A stretch of DNA of 64,000 bases from the human T2T-CHM13v2.0 reference genome, Homo sapiens: NCBI RefSeq assembly GCF_009914755.1, contig NC_060932.1. One strand, 5' to 3'. Positions 1 through 11,851 of the stretch are shown piece by piece. Every line of letters starts with the position of its first letter. Within the stretch, counting starts at the first letter, position 1. The notes beneath the pieces are model-generated. The model was not told the DNA's origin, made no database searches, and saw only the letters and a list, made by a program, of their open reading frames with translations. The position numbers and the translations under genes were made by a program.

Positions 1-171
1 CTTTTGGAGGCTTTTCTCAAACACTGATGATCTCTGACCTCATGTTTATATTTAAGTGTGGTATAAGAAGCTCATTAGAGGCTCTGTGTGAGGGTGGAAC
101 TGAACGACTTTTTTGAAGGGAGATATGGTAGACAGCAAGCATCTTTCTTCCTTTTTTTCTCATTCCTTTCC

Positions 172-469
<298 letters not shown>

Positions 470-540
470 TCCTTCCTTTCTTTTCTTTCTCCCTCCCTCC
501 CTCCCTCCTTCCCTTCCTCCCTTCCTCCCTTCCTTCTTCC
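470..540. repeat. (TCCC/TTCC)n low-complexity tract
   Basis: Pure pyrimidine repeat on + strand. Confidence 0.85.
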
Positions 541-867
541 AGATTGGGGAACACCTACACATTCACATCTGTAGATCTTTTTCTAGGACCTTGTAATTTA
601 TTTAAAGAAACATCTTCTGATCTCTTGCCTTGGGGGAGAGGCATGGGTGGTGGTGGTATAAACTTGGCTCCTGGCTTACTAAGCTGGGTGGAGGAAACTA
701 TGAGATGATATCTCACTGATTAGCATACGATCTTTCACTTGCTCTCCTTCTTGTAGGTCCAGTGGCTCTCTCCTGATAGTTCCCCTGATGTACCCAAGTG
801 GGAAGTCCTCCTGGTTCAATTTCACTACAGTACACTCTGTCTCCTGCTAGCATGGAGGAGGGATGGA

Positions 868-1248
868 GTTTTGGGCTGAATTGTATCTCCCTAAATTCAA
901 GTGTTGAAGTCCTAACCCCCTCATACCCCAGAACGTGAGTGTATTTGGAGATAGGGCCTTTAAAGAGGTAAATAAGGTAAGATGGAGTCAAATGGGTGGG
1001 CCCTAATCCCATATGTTTATAAGAAAAGGAGATTAGAACACAGACATGTGGGCTCACAGTGAAATGACCATGTGAGGACCCGGTAAGATGGCTGTCTGCA
1101 AGCCAAGGAGAGAGGACTTCAAAAAAAGTATCTCTGCTGGCACCTTGATCTTGGACCTCTATCCTCCAGAACTGTGAGAAAATAAACTTTTGTTGTTTAA
1201 ACCACACTATCTGTGGTATTTTGTTATGGCAGCCTGGAAAACTAATAT
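868..1248 (+). mobile_element. MLT1-type MaLR solo LTR
   Basis: tgggctgaattgt...gaagtcctaaccccc...tatttggagatagggcctttaaagagg...ctccagaactgtgagaaaataaa...ttgttatggcagcc. Confidence 0.85.
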
Positions 1249-1400
1249 GGATGGGAGCTTACTTGCACTGGGTGGAGATGGTGGCCTAGGGGCCTAGGGG
1301 CCTAACAGCTTTGTATCTGGCTTTTGAATCAATCCCTCTGGCATCAGCCCTATCACTTACTCCCACCTTCAATGATAATCAGACACTTGATTTTCTAGGC

Positions 1401-1609
1401 CAAGCTTGTCCAGCCCTTGGCCTGTGGGCCACATGTGGCCCAGGATGGCTTTGAATGCAGCCCAACACAAATTTGTAAACTTTCTTAAAACGTTATGAGA
1501 TTTTTTTTAAAGCTCATCAGCTATTGTTAGTGTTAGTGTATTTTATGTGTGGCCCAAGACAATTTTTCTTCTAATTTGGCCCAGAGCAGCCAAAAGATTG
1601 GACACCCCT
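1401..1609 (-). mobile_element. MER30 (hAT-Charlie non-autonomous DNA transposon)
   Basis: ggcccaggatggctttgaatgcagcccaacacaaatttgtaaactttctt...ccaaaagattggacacccctg. Confidence 0.85.
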
Positions 1610-1810
1610 GTTCTATGCCTTTCTGATGTTCTACAGGCTAAATGGTCATGATCCTCAGTGTCTGCATATGATTAAGCTCATCTGTCTCAATTCTGCTAAA
1701 TCAGTTTTTACTCCTTCAGTCACTTTCCAATTTCCCAATTTTGTTGTCATCTTTAATACTTTCATCTCCTTCCTTACTCTTCTATCACTGAGGATTCAGG
1801 AAGGACTAGA

Positions 1811-1978
1811 GGGCCAGGATGTGGTGGCTCACGCCTATAATCCCAACACTTTGAGAGGCCAAGCATTGCTTGAGCCCAGGAGATTGAGGCAGCCTGCAGT
1901 GAGCTAGGATTGTACCACTGCACTCTAGCCTAGGTTATAGAGTGACTCCTTGTCTTAAAATTAAAAAAAAAAAAAAAA
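1811..1978 (+). mobile_element. Alu monomer (FAM/FRAM/FLAM-like)
   Basis: ~150-bp Alu-like unit with A tail. Confidence 0.8.
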
Positions 1979-2446
1979 GATGAAGGAATAGAGATAAAGA
2001 TACATGCTCAATGCTGTTTTAACAGGGTAGTGCTTTCTGTGAAAGGGTTACCTATGGCCAGTTCCAGCAACAGAAACACTTGCTATCCTTAATAAATATA
2101 CAAACCTCAGCTGGCTGCTGGCTGAAAAAGAGGCTCCAAACTGCAAGGCAACTGCCATTGAATGTTCAGTTGGTTAAGTTATACATCCTTAGGTGGATTT
2201 CAAATTCAGGCATCCAGGTATATTTTATTCTTCTCCAGGTTCCTTCTTGGGGATAATAGTCAATTTAATAAATTAGTGTTTTTATAGTGCAAAACAACCT
2301 AGGAGGAGATAGTACCTGTCATGGCTTCACAACAGATTCAATGGCAGATCTGCTATACTGGCCCCGCATATGATGACATATGGTGGAAGACGGTCAGCAG
2401 GCAGACTTGTTCAACTAGATCTGCAGCCCTTTAAAACTGGATTCTG

Positions 2447-2817
<371 letters not shown>

Positions 2818-3349
2818 TCACTATAATAAGAGATTCATCATAATGAAATGACAATTTAGCATCAAATTCTAAATACTTTTTACAATAAGAAAACGAGATT
2901 AGCCATCTTAATAGATGCTAAAGACCATTACTTAAATGATAATCAAAATAACACTATTTTTCCCCAGGAATTTAATTAGAATTTTTACCTCATAAATAAA
3001 TAATTTCATTAGAAACAGCACTATCTTGTTACCAGTTTTTATATGAACATTTGCTTTGTTGCTGCCTCCTAAAATAACCATCAAACTCTAAACTGTGCTG
3101 AAACTTCCAAGTTCATGATGCATACTGCAGCAGATTCCAGGATCATTATTTTGAGGAGCTAACTACTCCAACTAAGGACAGTGGCCAACCATTAAATAAA
3201 TAATCACTAGGTTGAGACTGGAAGAATCCACACAGGTAAAATCCATTATTTACTCTATGGCTGTCTATTGCAAAACTGCATGTTCAGCATAATTTAGGAT
3301 GATGGTCTTCAATGGCTAAGGGTGGGCAACTTTATGCTGTCAGAATACT

Positions 3350-3530
3350 GTACTGTGTTTCTCAAATTTTAAGACGCATCAGAACCACCTATAGGCTTGT
3401 TAGAAACACAGGTTCTTTGAATTTCTGATTCCATGGGTCTGGAGTGAGTTGGTGAATCTGCATTCCTAACAATTTCCCAGGGGATCTGATGTTGACAGTC
3501 CATCCAGGGACCACACTTTGGGAACCACTG
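3350..3530. mobile_element. MER5A-like DNA transposon
   Basis: gtgtttctcaaa...gcatcagaaccacct...gggaccacactttgggaaccactg. Confidence 0.75.
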
Positions 3531-5276
3531 CTGTACTTAAGTGTTTATGAATAAAGATATTTGGAGACAGAGTAGTAGAGTCTCATGGTGAGCGTGGCAG
3601 AAACTTTCATATTTATATACTACTCTTCTGCCAAAGGAATCAAAATATTTGGGTAACAGGTAATTTCATGGTTGACAATTTAAAATGGTCCTTTCGAACA
3701 TTTTCCTTTGCTAATCTAACCAATGAATACAGCAGTAGTTAGCCAGTAGGGGGACAACAAGCTATCTGAACAAAGTTGAGTTATTAGATACCAAAGAAGA
3801 AGAAAAGATTCTTGACTATCATAAACCAACAAAAGGAATGGTTTAACCATAAACACTGAGTTTCTTTGCACAAACAATTTGGGACAGTTTGGTAAAATCT
3901 TTTGTATAATTTTGGAAACGGACTTCAGATTAAACGATTAAACACACATATTTATCTTCATTCTCCCCTGAAAAGGATAGTAAAAGAACATGAAGGGATA
4001 AATCCAAAGGGGCAAAGAAGATAGAGGAGGAGTCATCAGCAAAAGCTATATTTCAACACAATTCTGAAGAATAGAGAGGGTCGATGGAGGAGTGAAAACT
4101 AGTTTAACAGAACAGTGAAAGCTACACTCTAATATGGCCATAGTGGTCAGTACAGAAAGAGCCCAATTCCCTACAAAACCCTAGAGTGGTCTGGGCCTTG
4201 GAGATGACAGAGATCACTAGAAGAAAATGCTGATGAGGGGCCCCAGGATCCCGGAAGGGTGAGGGAGAGGTGAGCAGCTAAAAGCAAGAGGCCAGGTCAA
4301 TGTTGGCACTTGGAGTTGCTGGAGTCTCAGGTGCCCTGTCCCACTCCTCGCAGTCAGCATGAGAAAGAGGAGAGAGGCTTGTCCAGCAGGCACAAAGAAG
4401 GGCAGGAATAAGGCAACTGCAGGAAAGGAAAGAGTGTGAAAGATTGCACCCTAAGCAGTTACTCATCCAGACCTCTTCCCCTGAACTACTTCCAGAACAC
4501 TGGCAGCCAAGTGAATGCCTCCTCAGGCAAGAGATTATAAGATATTTCTCATGAGAAACTGACAAGCCCCAAAGAAAAGACATCTAGCTTCTGACATTTG
4601 AGGTATCTTCCCATGAAAAAATGAGCTTTTGTCTGATCACCATACAGCAAACCCACCAGTGAGCAAGCACATTTTTCTCACCCACATATAGAGTTTCTGG
4701 TGAGGTTTCTATTACCTCATTCCTACTTATGAAAGGAGAGGAAAAGGTTTGCAGACAGTTGATGAAAGCCTCTAACGTGATGGGACGAAAACAAATACAT
4801 GAGAAGGGAAGCTAGAGAAAGCCAAGACAAGGCAGGAGGCAAAGAAAGCCCTACAGTAAGTAAATACTCTCAAAAGATAGAAAAAACTAGTGCGACTGTG
4901 ACATAATCACTAAATTCTCTTTATAACAGACAGCATGAAATGAGCTCTTTAAATAGTTGAGGTAACAACTGCAGTAGAAAGTAAAGCAAGAAAATATCTT
5001 CCAAAATAGGACAAAAGGTGAAGACATGTGCAACAGGAAAAAAAAAAAAAAAAAAGAACATTCTGAGATTAATCCAGTTTAAAAAATAAATAATAAGATT
5101 GAATAATAATTGAGAATTTAATAAGTGCCTGGTAATGTTCTAAGTGGTTCAGACATATTAGTGAGATAATTACTATTATAATCTCCATTTTATAGATGAG
5201 GAAACTGAAGCACAGCAAAATTAAGTGACATTCTCAATAGTAACACTGGAAGCTAGAAGATAAAAGAGCAATTTTT

Positions 5277-5410
5277 GCCTGTAATCCCAGCTACCTGGGA
5301 AGTTGAGTCAGGAGGATCACTTGAGTCCAGGATTTTGAGGCTGCAGAGAGCTATGACCATGTCACTGCACTCCAGGTGGTGTGACAGAGTAAGAACTTGT
5401 TTTTAAAAAT
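5277..5410 (+). mobile_element. Alu right-arm fragment
   Basis: gcctgtaatcccagctac...ggaggatcacttgag...cactgcactccag. Confidence 0.85.
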
Positions 5411-5414
5411 TTAA

Positions 5415-5726
<312 letters not shown>

Positions 5727-6002
5727 TAATTAAAAAATTAAAATAAATAAGTGAAAAGCAATTTCTATAAAATTATGAATGAAGAAATTCTGGTAAGAAT
5801 TCTACACTTGGTCAAACTCTAGTAAAAGTAAAAGTTGAATAAAGACATATTCAAGTATGTAATAACTCAAATTTTTACCTTCTGTACCCTTTCTTGGGCT
5901 GTTACTAAAACATGTGCCGTGGAAAATGAAGCAGTAAACCAAGAAAGAAGGCACAAAACACAGAAATGGGGGTTCTCACACTACAGATTAAGGAGTGTCC
6001 CA

Positions 6003-6307
<305 letters not shown>

Positions 6308-7490
6308 GGAGTGTCCCAGGATGACACTTGAGAAGCGGATCCATAGAGCAACTCATCTCCACTGAAACAGTAGAACAATGAATTTCTGGAGGAATTGTTT
6401 TCAGGGCAAAATTGGAATTGATTGTTTGATCATTTGGAAAATAAACATGATAGTCATTTGATAGATCAGTTGTAGAAAAATATCAGGATGGGGCATAACA
6501 AACTAAGTAAATAGATACAAGGTTTTATAAGGAAGAAAACAAGAATAGTACACTATTGGCTGTGTTGTCATTGCTATTGGCATAGTCACTTACTTAGCTC
6601 CTAAACTGTGAAAGTGCTGTGTTGGAAGGAGAAGTTGCTTGGCATGAAAGAGCTAAATCCTAATCTGAAGCAACAGGTAGTCAGAGCACAACATCTATTG
6701 GCAAATCAAGAGATGGCAGTATAAATTATTTAGAAATAGGGAGGTAAATGACAGAAGAGACAGATAAAAGCAGAATATGGCTGCCTCTAAAAAGGAGAGG
6801 AACATGATAGGTATTGCATTATCTTAAAATATTATATTAAAATAGTACCTGCATTGTCTTAAAATATATTATTTCTTTAAAGTGTGTGTTTATATTGTTT
6901 TTTAAAAATACAATTTTGAAATTTATTGTTGAAAATGGACACATGGAACAAACCAAACCTTGTTTTATCATGTAATTTTCAGAAAATATGTGATCCATAA
7001 AGATTAAAAGAAAGTTGTATTAAGTCTGGCAGCTTTAGTATTAACTTGAAATAAAATATGGCAAGCTTTCCACGTCCTCCTTTATTTCCACAATCCATAT
7101 GTACGAGCTAGATTCCAGTCAGAACTTCCACAAATACTTCACTCTTTGGTAGCAGCGGTTATAAATTACGCCTTTGCTAATTTGCGTTGATCCCAACCAG
7201 GAGAAACATTACCACAAAAAAAGTCAGTTTCATCCTGCAGTGTTCCCGCAGCAACCATATTAAGCTGGAAGAATAAAGCTCCTTTGTAGTAGTAGCGTCT
7301 ATTGAATTACAATGTAAATGTTGATGCCTGCCTGGAAACGTCAAATGACAACAGGTTTACAGAACGAATTCAGTGGTTGTTTGCAGCTCTGGAATCCCAG
7401 GCTGCAGAGTTGAGATCGAAGAGGTGCGTCTGGCCATCTTAGCGTTCATTCAACCAAATCTCCTCACTCCATCAAAACCACGCCACTCCC

Positions 7491-8397
7491 CACCTGCCCA
7501 GCTCGTAAAAGGATGCTCACCTGTTTGAAAATCTGTAATATATCTGATGTCTTTTACACAGCAGGACACGAAAAAGTGTTTGTTGTGGATAAGAGTGTTA
7601 AAAATTCAATTACGCAACAGACCAAACTTTGTGCTTCTTTCCCCCTCTCAGCACAAAGTAACTTTAGTCCCGTCCTCTTCTGCCACTGTCAAACAGCCCT
7701 GTTACTGTGGGCATTAAATGCCTTGTGGCGTACTGCGCATTTGATTCTGGTTGACTTGGGATACCTGAGCTCGGCTCTCATTAGCTCTTCCGCTCGACCC
7801 ACAATCCCTAGTGTTTGCAGGTGTTGCATTCCCCCAACCCCTTTCTTCTCTTCAACCAGTAGCCTCCACCTTCCCATCCCTGCTTTGGAGAAGGAGGAAA
7901 ACGCAGCTTGAGATGTACTCGAAGAACTGACCCTCAGCTCTCACAGGCTGCCGCCGAGCTGCAAGCATGCCGCCGCTCCACTCAGGTAAACTTCGGAGTG
8001 AGTTACCTGCACTTGGAGAAGGGCCTTACCTGAGCGCGCCTCTGCCAATGGCAGCTCACCTGAGGGAGCTCCCCAGCCAATCATCGCGCAGCTCGTCCCT
8101 CGGGCTTGTACCCTTTAGTGAAAGAATTCAGCTCCTTGCGAGAAAGTTACCTGTGGCCGCCCAAGTCCGCCACTTTCTGCTCTGTGTCTGCCCATTGCCA
8201 CGATCCAGGAGGACTCCGCGCCGCCCGGCCGCCTCCGAGCTCGGGCCCCATGTGAGGGGCCCCCCCTTATCCCACCTTTCCGGCTAGGTGAGGGCGCGAG
8301 CGGGCGAGCGAGCGAGAGTGGTGAGGGGGGACGGAAAAGCAGAATTACCTGTAGCTCTTGTTCTGCCATCTCGGGCGCTCTCACACACCTTCACCTG
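7491..8397. promoter_or_regulatory. Cluster of 11 E2-box/Z-box (ZEB1/ZEB2/SNAI-type) hexamers
   Basis: CACCTG/CAGGTG at 7491, 7518, 7818, 8057, 8392; TACCTG/CAGGTA at 7762, 7983, 8004, 8027, 8148, 8346; ZEB1 repression of GRHL2 is established. Confidence 0.7.
8045..8081 (+). promoter_or_regulatory. Tandem CCAAT (NF-Y) boxes, 32 bp apart
   Basis: tgCCAATgg at 8045-8049 and agCCAATca at 8077-8081, ~60-95 bp upstream of the inferred TSS. Confidence 0.7.
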
Positions 8398-8470
8398 CAC
8401 AGACTTGAAAGTCCAGTTTCACCAGAGGCTGAGGCTCCAGGAAAAGGGGAGCAAGTTCATTGGATCAAAC
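8141..8470 (+). other. GRHL2: GRHL2 5' UTR part of exon 1 (TSS approximate)
   Basis: GC-rich sequence just upstream of the ATG, ~60 bp downstream of a CCAAT box; start position from recollection of the mRNA 5' end, not directly provable. Confidence 0.7.
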
Positions 8471-8490
8471 ATGTCACAAGAGTCGGACAA
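8471..8490 (+). CDS. GRHL2: GRHL2 coding exon 1 (MSQESD + 2 nt of Asn7)
   Basis: ATG TCA CAA GAG TCG GAC AA then canonical donor GTAAGT at 8491; joins exon 2 in frame to give the GRHL2 N-terminus I recognise, [23 protein letters not shown]. Confidence 0.97.
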
Positions 8491-10500
8491 GTAAGTGGAT
8501 CACACGCGCCGGCTGCTGCTACTACTACCACTTTGGGCTGATGGCAACTGGTTTGTTATGTTTTTGTTTTTAAGTTGCTATTGTTGGTATTTTTCTTTCT
8601 TTTTTCTTTTTCTTTTTGGTGGATCCAGACTTTTCCGCATTATGTTTCTACCCTGATTAAGGGGAGAAACCCTACAACAATGTGAATATTTAATATCCCC
8701 TTTGGGCCTTGATAGTAAAAGTGGGTTTTCCTTTTCCTTCTTCCCTTAGGAATGGTCTCAGCTCCCGCTCCTGGATGAATACTTGGATATTGCCAGAGGT
8801 TTTGGTAGATGGGCGCGGGAGGCCTGCTCTTCCCTCTCTGTTTTAGCTGCTCCCACCGATCTGGCGTTTAGGGCCATTTGGAAGTTCAGCTGAGTTCCTT
8901 CGATTTGTCCAAAGGGCCTACTGGAAAAGTGGGGCTTGGCCGCTTTTGTGTGACCGCAACAAAGAGCTTTTATATGAGGCAGAAACGGCCATCTTCTCGC
9001 ACCGGGCAGGAGGGTGGGCGTGAGTGCGCGCCCGCGTGTGGCCCCGATGGGAGGCGAGGCGCTGGGAGGCCGGGGGGCGCGGGGGCGGCCGGCGCCGTCC
9101 CCCACTCCCTCGACATCCCGCCTTCCTCCCCCCTCCCCCGGGTCCGCCCCCGCATTGTTTGGCCGCCTTCCTCAGGTGCCCGGGGGAAAGGACGGTTCGC
9201 GAACTGGGGGAACTCATGTGAGGCCTCGAGTTAGGGCCTCGGCGGGGCGCGAAGGGGCGCCTGCCACTGAGCGATTCACCCGCGCCCCCGACGGCGTCTG
9301 CACGCCCCTCGAGCTCGCGGCCCTCCACGCAGTTGGCCGCCACCTCGGACGCGGCAGGCGGGACTGCGTGGGGCGCGCCGAGCCTTCTCGGGGTGCTCTC
9401 GCCGTCAAGGCCGAGGGCTCGGGGCGGCGGGAACGCTGGGCTCGCGTCCTTCCCTTCCCGGACAGGCACTCCAGACGCGTCGGGGAGCCACAGCCTGCGC
9501 GGCCGGAGCCGCCCGCGGGTCACTGGGCCCGGCCCGGCCGCGTCCTGACGGCCTCCCCCCTGGCCGGCCCCCGCCCTCGGAAGGCTTTGTGCGAGCCGGG
9601 GGAGGTGGGGCCTGGGCGGGCGCGGGAGGGAGCCGGAGGTGGGTCCCGCGGCCTTTCTCGGGATTCGGCGGGGACACTCCCTTCCCCCTCCTCTCGGGCG
9701 CGTCCGGGCCTGGGAACTGGCTGTGTCCTATTGGAAGTGCGCGGGGCCGCCCTTTTGCTTTCCCCGGTAACTTTGCCGTAGCGTTGCGGCCACCCCGAGG
9801 GGACCTTCCTGAAGGTGTCTCGCCGGAGAGGGCCGGTGCCCCAAGGCCGCGGGCCGCTGGGCCTGTCATGGAGAAGTGGCGGGGACCCGTCCCAAGTTGA
9901 GGGACCACGAGGGAGGAGTGGGAAGGCCCTGCGGACCTGTTCAGGGGTGGAGGGGAAGGACTAGCCTCAACATAAAGCCGCTGGCAGGTTAGGCGAACCT
10001 AAGAAAATGCGCTGTCATACTTAAAAAGCAAAAAACTGCCAGATAGTTGTACCCCGTTAGCCACCGATGAGGAATTAACCGAGTACAGCATACCGGAGGG
10101 GAAGAACTAGCGTTACCAACACGGGAGCGGGTCAGAGGCAGGGTAGGAAGAGGAGAGTGTGTGGTTGTCTGAGAACACCCCCAGCTCCTCCCCATATCTC
10201 TCTAGTCTTCAAGGAAACACGATTCGAGTTTGAAATTTTCAGTAGCCAAATCCGGAGGCGACAGCAAGTTTTTGGGGTTTGTTTTGATCCTTGCCTGCGT
10301 CAAAGATGATTGCAAATCTAGTTTAATTAATCGCGCAATTAACATTTAGTTTGCTTAGTTTTGTGATACAACAGAACTCGAATTCTGAATGAAAACGGGT
10401 CGGTCTTTATTTTCACCAGTTATACTTAGCAGCAATAAGAACAATGTGTTTACCATCAGAAATAAGTACTGAGCGCCCGCAATCTGGTTTCACCACACGC

Positions 10501-10526
10501 ATCACCTGGTTTTTACAGGTGATAAG
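10501..10526. promoter_or_regulatory. Inverted E2-box pair overlapping a CP2/GRHL double site and a GATA site
   Basis: ATCACCTG-gttttta-CAGGTGAT; CTGG-N6-CAGG at 10506-10519; TGATAA at 10520-10525. Confidence 0.5.
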
Positions 10527-11553
10527 TATCTGGGATTACATATGCTTGCATTTAATGAACGTTGCTTTTATCTAGTCGTGGTTTCCAAGACGAAATTTTG
10601 TATCCTGGGAAAAGTAATCGTTACAATGGTGCAAGGAGATAATTCAACTGGTTTGTTTCTCTCTCATTGGGCTGTTGAAAATGCTTTAAGTCAATACATG
10701 ACTTCTGGATCATTTTTGCGAATTCTAGCCTCGTTTTCTTAATATTCTAAGGGAGCCCCGGCAGGGGTGGGTCTGAAGCTTATGCAACTATGTGTGTGAC
10801 ATGGGGTGGGGACTGTAAGTAAACGGGCCCCTGGGTACAGCGTGGGGCTTCCTTCCTGAGCAAGTGAGAGGCTTCATCAGCCTCATGGAAAATCCACCTT
10901 ACGAGGCCTGCCTGTAGTTTCTGGAAATAACATGAACGAACACACACTGGATGTTCTTTCATAATCCCATTGAGATTTAGGCAATCTTTGGGATTGCACA
11001 GGAAGATATTTCTGGTTAACAAGTCTGGACTGAAGTAGCATCGTCTTTTTTATGGTGTGGACTTTTCAGATTGAAACGTTCTGCTTTTGATGTTCTGCAG
11101 TGTTGATGCTATCGCCAATTAAAACAAAGTATTTTTAGGACATTTTGTCTTTGTACATATTTTAAAATTCTCTCCTCCATCTTAAATTTTATGAAGATTT
11201 AAGATCTTTGTCAGCAAGCATGTGTACAAGTGAAGCAATGCTAGATTAAGAAACTCTTATTTTACTGCCAAAATGTATAAAATATATTTAGAGAACGTGT
11301 AGGTACTATGTGATTTGATACTCACAGGTGTTTTTCATTAGGTAAGTGTATTTTCTGGTTACCTACTATTTGTAACACATTCACATAGGCGTAATAGAGG
11401 CATGCGAAGATGGATAAGATGAGCCCTGTTCTCAGGGGGCTTACACTGTAGTGGAAAGCAACTCATGGACAGACATACTTCTAATAAACACAATGCTTAA
11501 TAGTCACAAAAAATACAATAGTTACAAAAATGTTTTTAAAAATACAATACAGG

Positions 11554-11851
<298 letters not shown>

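Larger units (their letters stand above)
7900..9950. promoter_or_regulatory. CpG island / TATA-less GRHL2 promoter extending into intron 1
   Basis: Very high GC and CpG density at 7940-8520 and 8800-9950, separated by an AT-rich gap; GC boxes; CCAAT boxes at 8045 and 8077. Confidence 0.92.

Noticed and set aside
8758-9908. Several long overlapping ORFs (up to 255 aa) on both strands
   Set aside because: Arg/Gly/Pro/Ala-rich products expected from stop-poor CpG-island DNA; no recognisable domain
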